DNA of 64,000 nt from an uncultured Gammaproteobacteria bacterium. Its GTDB lineage: Bacteria > Patescibacteriota > Patescibacteriia > Magasanikbacterales > UBA922. Below the pieces are notes generated by a model, which was not told the origin of the DNA, made no database searches, and was given only the letters and a program-made list of their open reading frames with translations. The stretch is taken from NCBI GenBank assembly GCA_964345045.1, contig CAYFPM010000001.1, positions 300,215 through 364,214 of the forward strand, given 5' to 3'. Positions 54,902-64,000 of this stretch are shown piece by piece. Numbering within the stretch: the first letter of the stretch is position 1; the number at the start of each line of letters is the position of its first letter. A program made the translations under genes and the position numbers.

Positions 54902-56200
54902 ATGACTAACTTTACAATTAGTGGAGGTCACAAATTAACCGGTTCTATAGAAGCTGGTTCTGGAAAAAACTCTCCAATTGCCTTAATTTGCGCTAGTCTT
55001 TTGGTACGTGGACGGGTAGTTTTGAAAGATATGTCCAAAACAGAAGAAGGACAAAAAATGTTGGAAATAATAAAAAGTATTGGTGTAAAGGTAACTTGGT
55101 TGGACAATACTACTTTGGAAATAGATTCTTCCAAACCACTCCAGATGGACAAAATTGACAAGAAAAAATCAGCAGAAACCAGAGTCGTGCTGTTATTTTT
55201 AGGGGCTTTGGCCGCTAGAGAAAAATCATACAAACTTTACAAAACCGGTGGTTGCAAACTTGGCAATCGTACAGTTCGACCACATCTTTTTGCTCTGGAA
55301 AAGTTTGGTATTAGTGTAGTTTCAAAGGCCAGATATTACGAAGTAAAAAACAAACCTTTGAAAGCTGCAGAAATTGTAATGTATGAATCCGGAGATACTG
55401 CTACAGAAAACGCTATAATGGCGGCTATATTGGCTCCGGGCGTTACTACTATTCGCTATGCTTCGGCCAATTATATGGTACAAGATTTGTGCTACTTTTT
55501 GGTCGCGGCCGGTGCTAAGATAGAAGGTGTTGGAACTACAACTTTAAAAATTACCGGAGTTAAAAAACTTAAATCTGTTAGCTCTTATCATATAGCTCCA
55601 GATCCGGTAGATGCTATGGCTTGGATTTCTTTGGCTATTTGTACCAAATCTCCATTAACTATAAAAAATTGTTCCATGCATTTTCTTGATCTAGAATTAG
55701 AACATCTAAAAATAATGGGACAAAAGTTTCAAATTCTCAAAAAAAGAAAATCAAAAAATGGTTATTTTGAAGTAGCCGATATCAAAATTGTTCCATCAAC
55801 TCTAAAAGCTTTGCCAGACAAACTTCATGGTCGACCATACCCAGGTCTAAATATAGACAACGTACCTTTGTTTGTCCCAATTTTGACACAAGCCAAAGGA
55901 ACTACACTTGTCCACGATTGGATTTATGAAAATCGTGCCGTATACTATTTGGAACTACAAAAATTAGGAGCCAAAGTCTTGCTTCTTGATCCACACCGCG
56001 CTTTGGTAGAAGGACCAACCAGATTGCGTCCAAACGAAGTGATGTGTCCACCGGCACTTCGCCCGGGTATGGCTGTGCTTATCTCTATGCTGTCTGCCAA
56101 AGGAACTTCTATATTACGCAATGCTTATATGATAGAACGTGGTTATGAAAATTTGGTAGAACGATTACAAAAAGTAGGAGCACAAATAGAAAGACATTAA
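54902..56200 (+). CDS. murA: UDP-N-acetylglucosamine 1-carboxyvinyltransferase
   Basis: EPSP-synthase fold; MurA N-terminus ...ISGGHKLTGSIEAGSGKNS. Confidence 0.9.
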   Translation: MTNFTISGGHKLTGSIEAGSGKNSPIALICASLLVRGRVVLKDMSKTEEGQKMLEIIKSIGVKVTWLDNTTLEIDSSKPLQMDKIDKKKSAETRVVLLFLGALAAREKSYKLYKTGGCKLGNRTVRPHLFALEKFGISVVSKARYYEVKNKPLKAAEIVMYESGDTATENAIMAAILAPGVTTIRYASANYMVQDLCYFLVAAGAKIEGVGTTTLKITGVKKLKSVSSYHIAPDPVDAMAWISLAICTKSPLTIKNCSMHFLDLELEHLKIMGQKFQILKKRKSKNGYFEVADIKIVPSTLKALPDKLHGRPYPGLNIDNVPLFVPILTQAKGTTLVHDWIYENRAVYYLELQKLGAKVLLLDPHRALVEGPTRLRPNEVMCPPALRPGMAVLISMLSAKGTSILRNAYMIERGYENLVERLQKVGAQIERH

Positions 56201-56210
56201 TTGATATATC

Positions 56211-57470
56211 ATGAACAAAGAAAATAAGATTTTAATTTTTTCGGCAATTGGCTTGTCGTCTATTGTATTTGTTATAGGTTTTTTTTCGGGGACTTTGTTT
56301 GATTTTCGCAAACAGATTTTGGAAAATGCCGATAACATAGAGATAAAAGAAGTTATTAGTCTGTATAGCAAAACCAGATCAGAACAAGTTGATTTTGAAC
56401 AATTTTGGGAAATTTGGGACAAAGTAAAAGATCGTTATGTTGATCAACCTGTTAGCGATGTTGATTTGTTTTATGGTGCTATAGAAGGATTGGTGGCTGG
56501 TCTAAAAGATCCACATAGTGTTTATCTTCCACCCATTGATGCCGAAACTTTTGCCAAAGACTTGGCTGGAGAATTTGAAGGTATTGGCGCAGAAATTGGT
56601 ATTCGTGACAATCAATTACAAATAATTGCCCCACTTCCCGAGTCCCCGGCTCAAAAAGCCGGACTTTTGCCAGGAGACAAAATTTTGGCAATAGATGGAG
56701 AAGATACTGCCGGCATATCTATAGAAGAAGCAGTTACAAATATTCGTGGCAAAAGAGGAACTGTAGTTACTCTAACTATTCGTAGCAATGGTTTTGAATC
56801 AATCAAAGATGTAGATATTATTCGTCAAACTATAAACGTTCCTACTGTGACTTGGGAAAAGGTTGAAGAAGATCAAGATTATGCGTATTTGCGTATAAAC
56901 AGTTTTAATCAAGATACTTGGGATAGATTTGACAAAGCTGTTCGAGAAATTTTGCGCGAAAGTCCAAAAGGATTAATCTTTGATTTGCGTAGCAACCCTG
57001 GTGGATTTTTGGATACATCTATTGATGTGGCGAGTGAATGGGTAAAAGAGGGAGTAATTGTAACTGAAAAAATGAAAGATGGTGTAAGCAAGACTCACAA
57101 CAGCACAGGTTCACATCGCTTGGCACAAATTCCAACCGTACTTTTGGTAGATGGTGGCAGTGCTTCTGGTTCGGAAATTGTGGCTGGAGCTTTGCAAGAT
57201 TATAAAGCAGCTACGATTGTAGGTAGCACTACTTTTGGCAAAGGATCTGTTCAAGATTTTGAAGTGTTGCCAGATGGTTCGGCTCTTAAGCTTACTATTG
57301 CCAAATGGTTTACCCCTAGTGATAGAGCTATCGATGGTGAAGGGATTGAACCGGATATTATCCTAGAAGAAATGTTTGCTCCCAAAGATGGTCAAAGTTT
57401 GGAAGACGAAAATGTAGAAATTATTGATCTGGGTATTAAAAAAGCTTTGGAAATTTTAAAAGAGGAATAA
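56211..57470 (+). CDS. ctpA: carboxyl-terminal processing protease (S41) with PDZ domain
   Basis: PDZ (GLLPGDKILAIDGEDT) plus S41 catalytic region (LLVDGGSASGSEIVAGALQD). Confidence 0.85.
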   Translation: MNKENKILIFSAIGLSSIVFVIGFFSGTLFDFRKQILENADNIEIKEVISLYSKTRSEQVDFEQFWEIWDKVKDRYVDQPVSDVDLFYGAIEGLVAGLKDPHSVYLPPIDAETFAKDLAGEFEGIGAEIGIRDNQLQIIAPLPESPAQKAGLLPGDKILAIDGEDTAGISIEEAVTNIRGKRGTVVTLTIRSNGFESIKDVDIIRQTINVPTVTWEKVEEDQDYAYLRINSFNQDTWDRFDKAVREILRESPKGLIFDLRSNPGGFLDTSIDVASEWVKEGVIVTEKMKDGVSKTHNSTGSHRLAQIPTVLLVDGGSASGSEIVAGALQDYKAATIVGSTTFGKGSVQDFEVLPDGSALKLTIAKWFTPSDRAIDGEGIEPDIILEEMFAPKDGQSLEDENVEIIDLGIKKALEILKEE

Positions 57471-57814
57471 TGATTGTTGGAAAAGTGATTCACGGAGAAG
57501 GGATTGGTAAAAAATTGGGGTTTGCTACGGCTAATCTTGATCTTGATGTTTCTGATCTAGAGATAGCAGAGGGTGTGTATGCTGCCAAAGCTAATCATGG
57601 TGGAAATGTTTACAATGCTGCTTTGATAATTTTGGCAAAGTCAAACAAAGTTGAAGTATTTTTGTTTGATTATACAGGCCAAGATATTTATGGAGAAAAA
57701 TTGCAAGTAGAGTATTTGGAAAAAGTAAGTGAGATTGAGATTTTTGAAAAAAAAGAAGATTTGGTAGAAAAAATTAAAAAGGATATAAATTTAGTTAAAA
57801 GTTTTTTTAATTGA
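57470..57814 (+). CDS. riboflavin kinase domain protein (monofunctional RibF-C-like)
   Basis: GKKLGFATANL matches the RFK G-x-x-GFPTAN motif. Confidence 0.65.
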   Translation: MIVGKVIHGEGIGKKLGFATANLDLDVSDLEIAEGVYAAKANHGGNVYNAALIILAKSNKVEVFLFDYTGQDIYGEKLQVEYLEKVSEIEIFEKKEDLVEKIKKDINLVKSFFN

Positions 57815-57825
57815 CATTGATTGCA

Positions 57826-57853
57826 CCCCGACGCTCACTGCATTCGGTCGGGG
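57826..57853 (+). repeat. conserved 28-nt hairpin CCCCGACGCTCACTGCATTCGGTCGGGG (copy 2)
   Basis: Identical loop and flanking (C/T)AGG(C/T)AGATTA as copy 1; upstream of the rib genes. Confidence 0.6.
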
Positions 57854-57978
57854 CAGGTAGATTATTATAGATTACGCAGATTTTTATTTTCTAAATTGAT
57901 TGACTTTTGTAAAATAATAATCGTGAGAGATATTAAAATGAATATATCGTTAAATTTTTGTGGAATAGTTTATTAAAT

Positions 57979-58557
57979 ATGTTTTCAGGAATTATAAAAG
58001 AAGTTGGAGAATTAATAAGAGTTGGGACTAAACTAGAAGTAAAAACTGATCTGGTTGTAAAAGAAGTAGAGCTGGGTTCTAGTGTGGCGGTAAATGGAGT
58101 TTGTCTAACAGTAGAGGAGATAAAACATAATGCTCTTGTTTTTGACGTAATGCCAGTTACTTTGGAAAAAAGTACTTTGAGTGATTTGAAGGTAGGGGAT
58201 AACGTAAACTTGGAATCTTCTTTAAAATTGGGAGACGAAGTTGGTGGGCATTTTGTGTATGGTCACGTGGACTCGTTGGGAGAAGTTAAAAATATAAGTA
58301 AACAGGAAGATTCAACTTTGTTTGAAATATCGGCAGATAAAACTATAATGAAATATATTGCTCCACAAGGATCTATAAGTGTAAATGGGATAAGCCTGAC
58401 TATTGCTAATTTCAACGAGGACAGCTTTACAGTTTCTTTGGTTCCATTTACTATAGATCATACCAACTTTGCTAGTTTGAACGTGGGGGACAAAGTTAAC
58501 TTGGAGGTAGATATGTTGGCCAAATACGCCGAAAAAGTCTTAAATTATAAACGTTAA
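57979..58557 (+). CDS. ribE: riboflavin synthase alpha subunit
   Basis: MFSGIIKEVGEL... duplicated lumazine-binding repeats. Confidence 0.85.
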   Translation: MFSGIIKEVGELIRVGTKLEVKTDLVVKEVELGSSVAVNGVCLTVEEIKHNALVFDVMPVTLEKSTLSDLKVGDNVNLESSLKLGDEVGGHFVYGHVDSLGEVKNISKQEDSTLFEISADKTIMKYIAPQGSISVNGISLTIANFNEDSFTVSLVPFTIDHTNFASLNVGDKVNLEVDMLAKYAEKVLNYKR

Positions 58558-58559
58558 AT

Positions 58560-59018
58560 ATGAAAAAAGGTGTTATTTTTGACAAAAAATTAAACGGTTC
58601 AAAATTAAAAGTAGGGATTGCCTTGGCCAGATGGAATAACAAAGTTACCGATGCTCTTTTGGAAGATTGTGTGGCCGGTTTACTAGATGCCAAAGTGAAA
58701 AAGAAAAATATTTTAGTTCAAGATGTCCCTGGTTCATACGAATTACCTTTTGCTGCTCATAGTCTTATCTTGCACGACAAGGTAGATGTAGTAGTTTGTA
58801 TTGGAACTTTGATAAAAGGAGAAACAATGCATTTTGAATATATTGCCGATGCTGTAAGCCAAGGAATTATGAAATTGCAACTAGAATCTGGTGTGCCCGT
58901 AGTATTTGGAGTTTTGACTTGCCTAGATAAAAAACAAGCCCTAGAGAGATCAGTTGGTAAGAAGTCTCATGCTTATGATTGGGGACTGACTGCAGTAGAG
59001 ATGGCGTTTTTGAAATAA
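58560..59018 (+). CDS. ribH: 6,7-dimethyl-8-ribityllumazine synthase
   Basis: DMRS family; ~150 aa. Confidence 0.9.
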   Translation: MKKGVIFDKKLNGSKLKVGIALARWNNKVTDALLEDCVAGLLDAKVKKKNILVQDVPGSYELPFAAHSLILHDKVDVVVCIGTLIKGETMHFEYIADAVSQGIMKLQLESGVPVVFGVLTCLDKKQALERSVGKKSHAYDWGLTAVEMAFLK

Positions 59019-59057
59019 CTTACCACTTAATTCTTATTTCTTAATTCTTAAAACTCT

Positions 59058-59306
59058 ATGTTAGAACTATACCAAATGGAACATTGTCCATATTGCGCCA
59101 AAGTAAGACGCGTTATGGAAGAATTGGATCTAGACTTTATTTGTAGAAACATGCCAAAGGGCAGCCCAAAGAGAGAATTACTTCGTCGTTTGGGTGGCAA
59201 AGAGATGGTCCCTTTTTTGGTGGATACTTCGGACAAGTCCAATCCAGTAATGATGTACGAGTCAGACGACATAATTGATTATCTAAAAGAAAAATACGGG
59301 AAATAG
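59058..59306 (+). CDS. glutaredoxin-like protein
   Basis: CPYC active site, thioredoxin fold. Confidence 0.7.
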   Translation: MLELYQMEHCPYCAKVRRVMEELDLDFICRNMPKGSPKRELLRRLGGKEMVPFLVDTSDKSNPVMMYESDDIIDYLKEKYGK

Positions 59307-59390
59307 AAATTATTTTATTTAATCCTGTCATTGCGAGGGAGCGATAACTTTGAAGCGCCGATAGGCGCTTTTTTGTTTTTGTGATATAAT

Positions 59391-59825
59391 TTGTCTACTA
59401 TGAAAAATATTTCCAAAAATAATACTCAGGCAAAAGCTGTAGAAATTTTGAAACACGAATCTACCAAACACAAATTAACTTTGTCCCAAAGAGCTGCCGA
59501 TGCTTTGACCGCTATAATGGGAAGTTGGGGATTTATTATTATTTTTGTTGTTTATCTTTTTCTTTGGATGGGATTAAATATTTATGGTTTTTGGAAGCAT
59601 TGGGATCCGTATCCGTTTATTTTATTAAATCTTACTTTGTCTTGTTTGGCAGCTATCCAAGCGCCGATTATCCTAATGAGTCAAAATCGTACTACTGAGA
59701 GAGATAGAATGAGACAAGAATATGACTACGCAGTCAACCGCAAAGCCGAAAGAGAAATTCAACAAATTCAAAAGGAACTAAAGAGTGTTAAAAAGTTGTT
59801 GGAGAAAATTAGAAAAGGGGAGTAA
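59391..59825 (+). CDS. DUF1003 family membrane protein
   Basis: 2 TM helices + LMSQNRTTERDRMRQEYDYAVNRKAEREI. Confidence 0.6.
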   Translation: MSTMKNISKNNTQAKAVEILKHESTKHKLTLSQRAADALTAIMGSWGFIIIFVVYLFLWMGLNIYGFWKHWDPYPFILLNLTLSCLAAIQAPIILMSQNRTTERDRMRQEYDYAVNRKAEREIQQIQKELKSVKKLLEKIRKGE

Positions 59826-59875
59826 AGTTTAATAAAAAAAGACCTAAACGGTCTTTTTTGTTTTTAGTATTTTTA

Positions 59876-59905
59876 CCCCCTCTACCTCCCCCTTGTCAGG
59901 GGGAG
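59876..59905. repeat. intergenic GC-rich palindromic element (CCCCCTCTACCTCCCCCTTGTCAGGGGGAG)
   Basis: Between convergent genes, next to a separate AT-type terminator hairpin (aagacctaaacggtctt). Confidence 0.7.
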
Positions 59906-59912
59906 AACTTTT

Positions 59913-60665
59913 TTATTTTAGTACATCTCGAATCGCGCCTTTTACTTTTTCCGAAAAATTTCCATTTAAAATCCATTCTAGGTAACCTCTATCCGAAAAG
60001 GCTAGCTCTTCCAAAGTTTTGCCACGGTTTTTGCCAAAGTTAATAGCTAATTTGCTATCGATAAATTTTAATTTTCCGTCGTTGTCGAAATGATCTGGCT
60101 CTTTTGGAAAACAGTATTCGTGTATTTCTGCTGCAGAGCTAGGCACGTCTTCGTACATGTTTATCTGGCCTTCCAACACTTCTATAGAAGCTTTTATATC
60201 GGCCATGGCATCGTGGGCATTGTCAAACATTCCGCCTACATATTTGCCATAAGCAGCTTCTAGAGTTCTGGGTTCTTTGATTTTGTAAATCATCATGGCG
60301 TCGACAATGTTTACACTTTCTGTATCTAGATTCAATCCGATTCTGGCAAATTCGTTTTGGATCATGGGGATGTCGTAGTATTTTATATTATATCCACCCA
60401 AGTCCGAGTCCAAAAATACTTCGGAAACTTCTGCTACTAGGTCGCCAAGCATTGGTTTGTCTTTTACATCCTCATCACGAAAGCCGTGAATTTCGGTGGA
60501 TCCCGGTGGAATTGGGATACCTGGATTTACAATCCATTCGTATTCTTTTTTTTCTCCATTTGGAAAATATTTGATAGCTGCTATCTGGATTATGCGGTCG
60601 TTGTATGGGTCTACACCGGTGCCTTCTAGATCAAAAAAGACAATTGGTTTGTTTAGGTTTAACAT
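59913..60665 (-). CDS. DEDDh 3'-5' exonuclease (DnaQ/epsilon-like)
   Basis: Exo I FFDLEGTG, Exo III HNAHDAMAD. Confidence 0.75.
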   Translation of the reverse strand: MLNLNKPIVFFDLEGTGVDPYNDRIIQIAAIKYFPNGEKKEYEWIVNPGIPIPPGSTEIHGFRDEDVKDKPMLGDLVAEVSEVFLDSDLGGYNIKYYDIPMIQNEFARIGLNLDTESVNIVDAMMIYKIKEPRTLEAAYGKYVGGMFDNAHDAMADIKASIEVLEGQINMYEDVPSSAAEIHEYCFPKEPDHFDNDGKLKFIDSKLAINFGKNRGKTLEELAFSDRGYLEWILNGNFSEKVKGAIRDVLK

Positions 60666-60700
60666 ACAGTTCTTAAGAAGTAAGTTATAAGAAATAAGAA

Positions 60701-61201
60701 TTAAGTTTTAAGAATTTTTGATAATTCGATAAAAATTTGATCCTTGAAATTTTCTGGTTTGTATTTGAAAATTAATTCTGCTATTACTTTGCAATGATTT
60801 TCTAGTTGATCTTGATTGTTTACTTTTTGGTAGTAATTATAACTATCTATTGTGTCGGCTGCTTTTATTATTAGAGCTTCTTCACTATGTTCTGCACATC
60901 TTTTTATCATTTCTTCGTTACGCTCTTCTTTTTTTATTTCTAAATTTTTTGAATTTGCTTTTATCAATTCAAGTACATTTTGTCCAAAATTTTCTTTTAT
61001 TTTTTCTTCTTCAATATTTGTATTTTCCAAAATATCATGCAACAGGCCGGCAATTATAATTTTTTCTTTATAATTATGATTATTCAAATAAACACCAACT
61101 CTTAGAGAATGAGGGAGTATTGGTTTTCTAGTGTTCTCACTAGAAAATGGTAAATGCTCTGCTAGTAATCGTATCGCTTGTTCAAATTTGGTGTCTAGCA
61201 T
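60701..61201 (-). CDS. HD-domain phosphohydrolase
   Basis: H...HD motif (AGLLHDILE). Confidence 0.7.
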   Translation of the reverse strand: MLDTKFEQAIRLLAEHLPFSSENTRKPILPHSLRVGVYLNNHNYKEKIIIAGLLHDILENTNIEEEKIKENFGQNVLELIKANSKNLEIKKEERNEEMIKRCAEHSEEALIIKAADTIDSYNYYQKVNNQDQLENHCKVIAELIFKYKPENFKDQIFIELSKILKT

Positions 61202-61202
61202 A

Positions 61203-61598
61203 TTAAAAATTTAGGAAAGTTATTGTTAATTGCAAAACCGTGGCAAAGCTAACCCAAAGAAGGTACGGGATGTTTACCAGCGCCACCCAGCGGTATTTGG
61301 GGCAGATAACTTTCATAAACCAGATTATGGTGACTAGTACTAGGATTATGTCTATAGCTGCCAAGATATTGTTTTGTAGTCCAAACTGGATTGGGGTGAA
61401 GAGAAAATTGAATACTAGATTTAGAACAAAGGGGAGAGCGACTTTTGGTTTTGGTTTTTTCTGGTAGATTTGCCAAAATACAAAGCCAAAGCTAATGGCG
61501 ATGATGGTATAGAGCACTGTCCATACTGGGCCAAAAAGCCAGGCTGGTGGGGCCCAGGTTGGTTTGATTAGTTGTTGGTACCAGGTAAAGTTATTCAT
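61203..61598 (-). CDS. TspO/MBR family protein
   Basis: WYQQLIKPTWAPPAWLFGPVWTVLY signature; 5 TM helices. Confidence 0.75.
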   Translation of the reverse strand: MNNFTWYQQLIKPTWAPPAWLFGPVWTVLYTIIAISFGFVFWQIYQKKPKPKVALPFVLNLVFNFLFTPIQFGLQNNILAAIDIILVLVTIIWFMKVICPKYRWVALVNIPYLLWVSFATVLQLTITFLNF

Positions 61599-61601
61599 TT
61601 T

Positions 61602-62561
61602 CTAAAAACGATCAAATAAATTTCTACACAGCTCGTATTGTGGATGATTATATCCACAAAGGCTACAAAATCTCACTATTGAGTGAGTATTAAGTTTAAG
61701 ATTATCGCTATATTCTGTTCCGATTATCCCCGGAGTATTATATTTTTCAAAAAGAGGTGTTACTGTTTGATTATTATCTGGCAAAGTTTTTATACTGTAT
61801 TTGTCGATTGAAATGTTCCCTAAACTCGATGAAAGGGGCATTGAATAATAATCAATTTCTTTTCTACTGTAGCTTACAGAAAATTCATTCTTTAACATCT
61901 CTAGAGGATTTTTATAACTTCTTACTTCTAAAAAATATTTTTTTAAATCCTTAATTATTTCAGGTTTTAACTTTGTTTTATTTTTGTCGGAGTAATAATC
62001 TTTATCATCTGTACAAAATACAAATTCTTTAACTTTTTTTGTAAAATTTTTCTCAAAAAAATCTAACATTGATTCAAATGCAACGCAATCTTGTGTCTGT
62101 CTACGCTTCTCAGGATTAAAGGGTGGAATTTTAAACAAATCTCTTTTTATTCCACGTGCAATAATATCAGTAGTGACATTAATTTTTATGGTATTTTCAT
62201 TTTCTGTTATGTTTTTAAAAATTTTTTTACCATCATTTCTGGTTTCTGTAATTTTTTTTAAGCAGTTTTTTTTACTTTTTTTGATTGAATCATTAATAAG
62301 CTTTGATATTTTTACTTTGCTTTTGTCTAATTTATTTTCTAAACTTTCACTAATTATTTTTTTCAATCTTTCTGCTTCAACTTCTATTGTATTTTTAACT
62401 TCTCTTTCGATCATTTCTGGTAGTATCAGTTTTATATTGATTCTTTTGAGTTTACCTGATAAATCTTTTAAGGGTTTGGAGTCCAATTTTGCAACTCTTT
62501 GGTATATACAATCAATAAAAAGGTTCGTATCAATAAATATGTATTTTTCAAATTTTTTCAT
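61602..62561 (-). CDS. hypothetical Lys-rich protein with PIN-like N-terminus and C-terminal Cys cluster
   Basis: YIFIDTNLFID (PIN-like acidic motif); CSLCGYNHPQYELC. Confidence 0.4.
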   Translation of the reverse strand: MKKFEKYIFIDTNLFIDCIYQRVAKLDSKPLKDLSGKLKRINIKLILPEMIEREVKNTIEVEAERLKKIISESLENKLDKSKVKISKLINDSIKKSKKNCLKKITETRNDGKKIFKNITENENTIKINVTTDIIARGIKRDLFKIPPFNPEKRRQTQDCVAFESMLDFFEKNFTKKVKEFVFCTDDKDYYSDKNKTKLKPEIIKDLKKYFLEVRSYKNPLEMLKNEFSVSYSRKEIDYYSMPLSSSLGNISIDKYSIKTLPDNNQTVTPLFEKYNTPGIIGTEYSDNLKLNTHSIVRFCSLCGYNHPQYELCRNLFDRF

Positions 62562-62579
62562 AAATCAAAAATCTAAATC

Positions 62580-63446
62580 CTACACCCTCTTCACCCAATG
62601 CTTATCAACCTCAACTTCGAGTTCCAAAAAAATCTTCTTGTTAACCGCAGCTTCCAACTCACGCCTAGCCATCTGCCCAATCTCCTTAATCTTTTGCCCA
62701 CGACTACCAATAATAATCTTTTTATAACGCTCTTCGTTGGTAAGCACTCTCGCTTCAATCACCAGTACGTCTGGTTTGTCTTCCACATTAGTCACATCCA
62801 CAGTAATAGAATAGGGAACTTCTTTTTCAAAAACAGAAAAAACCTTTTCGCGAATAATTTCGGAGATCCAAAAATAATTATCCACGTTAGTTAGCTGGTC
62901 ACTAGGGTACATAGCCTCGCCCTCTGGCAACAGTTCAAACACTTTTTCTCGAAGTGGTTGTATGTGACTAGCTCGCAAAGCCGATAAATGCAAAACGTCT
63001 GCAAAATCTTCGCTCCAAGCTTCGTAGTCTTCTTGATATTTTCTGTCTTCTCTTGGCAAATCAGATTTGTTAATTACCAATATTTTTGGAGTATCCATGT
63101 GACGGATCATCCCGTAGGTGGCTTTTTCTTCGTCGCCAATTTCACGAGTCGGATCAACTACATAGATAATCAAATCAATGTCTTCCAAAGCTTCTTTTAC
63201 TTTGTTAGTAAGTTTGGCAGTCAAGGGATTCTTGCGGTCTTTGAAAACACCAGGAGTATCTACAAATACCGCTTGGCCAGCTTCTACATCTTTGCCCGCT
63301 GGTATATTCATTACCCCATGGATAATATGCCTAGTCATTTGGGCACGAAAAGAAGTGGCGGCAATTTTGGTGCCGACCAAAGTGTTCATAAGAGTTGATT
63401 TGCCTACATTGGATCTACCAACTAGGACTACAAAACCGGATTTCAT
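62580..63446 (-). CDS. era: GTPase Era
   Basis: G1 GRSNVGKSTL, DTPG, NKSD; C-terminal KH domain. Confidence 0.9.
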   Translation of the reverse strand: MKSGFVVLVGRSNVGKSTLMNTLVGTKIAATSFRAQMTRHIIHGVMNIPAGKDVEAGQAVFVDTPGVFKDRKNPLTAKLTNKVKEALEDIDLIIYVVDPTREIGDEEKATYGMIRHMDTPKILVINKSDLPREDRKYQEDYEAWSEDFADVLHLSALRASHIQPLREKVFELLPEGEAMYPSDQLTNVDNYFWISEIIREKVFSVFEKEVPYSITVDVTNVEDKPDVLVIEARVLTNEERYKKIIIGSRGQKIKEIGQMARRELEAAVNKKIFLELEVEVDKHWVKRV

Positions 63447-63462
63447 ATAGTTTAAAGGCTTA

Positions 63463-63599
63463 GGAGGCTTGCAAAGCTCACAAGGCTTAGAAGGCCAAGG
63501 CTATTTTAGCAATGCCTTGCACAAAATTCAAGGTTGGCATACAATAAGCTTTGTAAGCCTCTAAGGCCTTCTCGGCCTAGTAAGCCTTTTAAATTATGA
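63463..63599. repeat. imperfect ~45-bp inverted repeats (AAGGCTTAG/AGGCC units) flanking a central palindrome
   Basis: aaaggcttaggaggcttgcaaagctcacaaggcttagaaggccaaggc ... aagctttgtaagcctctaaggccttctcggcctagtaagcctttt. Confidence 0.5.
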
Positions 63600-64000
63600 A
63601 AGTAATCCTAACCAAAGACGTCCCTGGTACTGGTTATAAGGGAGAAATAAAAGAAGTTTCCGATGGATACGCCAGAAATTTTTTGCTACCAAGAAAAATG
63701 GCTCAACTAGCTACCAAGGGGGCTGTAAAAGATTTGGAACTAAGCCAAGCCAAAAAGAAAAAGAAAATGGAAGTCGAGCTAAAAAGTTTTCAAAAATTAG
63801 CCGGCAAACTAGATGGTAAAGAAATAGAACTAAATGTCAAAGCTAGTGAAGGTGGCAAACTTTATGCCGCTATATCTGCCAAAGAAATAATAGAAGCTGT
63901 TAAAAAACAACTAAAAGTAGACATCTCCGAAAAGCAAGTAAATTTTCCATCTCCCATAAAAGATACCGGCACGCACCAAGTAGAAATTCAATTTGGACAT
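63596..64000 (+). CDS. rplI: 50S ribosomal protein L9 (C-terminus beyond window)
   Basis: [32 protein letters not shown]. Confidence 0.8.
   Translation, partial: MKVILTKDVPGTGYKGEIKEVSDGYARNFLLPRKMAQLATKGAVKDLELSQAKKKKKMEVELKSFQKLAGKLDGKEIELNVKASEGGKLYAAISAKEIIEAVKKQLKVDISEKQVNFPSPIKDTGTHQVEIQFGH

Noticed and set aside
57815-57978. FMN riboswitch upstream of ribE/ribH
   Set aside because: There is no RFN-element core (no GGATGGG... or the conserved P1-P6 junction sequences). The GC hairpin here is the same element found upstream of the GT2 cluster.
59858-60043. 61-aa ORF MFLVFLPPLPPPCQGEN... spanning the 59876 GC-rich element
   Set aside because: The poly-Pro translation derives from the C-tract palindrome. 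It overlaps the 3' end of the exonuclease gene on the other strand and has no start context.
1-64000. CRISPR array or cas genes; rRNA genes
   Set aside because: There are no regularly spaced direct repeats of 24-40 nt with unique spacers, and no Cas-like ORFs. There is no rRNA-like sequence. The tandem (aaaaaataat)x3 at 22394 is too short and low-complexity.

Overview
This window is a low-GC (~35%) genome segment with a reduced, CPR/Patescibacteria-like housekeeping complement on a standard genetic code. Recognisable genes: lepA, murJ, corA, a beta-CASP RNase, uvrB, uvrA, lysA, uvrC, mraZ-rsmH-ftsL, a ClpC-like AAA+, rplU, recR, ybaB, dnaB, a large surface-glycan locus (rfbB, FdtA-like, RmlD-like, 4 GT2, RmlA-like), murA, ctpA, ribF-like, ribE, ribH, era and rplI. 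Four things stand out against that background. (1) A family of GC-rich, C/G-tract palindromic elements (CTCCCCCT..AGGGGGAG and CCTCTCCCAGAGGGAGAGG modules) is inserted IN-FRAME into uvrA, uvrB and uvrC, and possibly the dnaB tail, adding Pro/Ser/Ala/Arg/Gly-rich linkers. Intergenic copies sit at convergent gene ends, and a REP-associated tyrosine transposase (RAYT/IS200-like) gene lies next to uvrC. (2) There are several sharply bounded high-GC (55-62%) islands: a ~900 bp non-coding block, two single-ORF cassettes with their own promoter and terminator, a truncated aspartokinase fused to the native lysA operon, a second CDP-alcohol phosphatidyltransferase facing its native paralog, and a 3-gene cassette with diderm hallmarks (lipobox lipoprotein with FGE-sulfatase domain, C-terminal-Phe beta-barrel-like protein). 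(3) An accessory islet between rplU and recR carries an HTH-XRE+Panacea(DUF4065) antitoxin with a RelE/ParE-like toxin, operator palindromes, a G4 motif and a GIY-YIG-like ORF. (4) Many small intergenic repeat families are present (conserved 28-nt hairpin, TIR-flanked mini-cassette, terminator-associated motif families). Only one tRNA-like gene was seen, and its anticodon arm is atypical. No CRISPR array, rRNA or reverse transcriptase was found.
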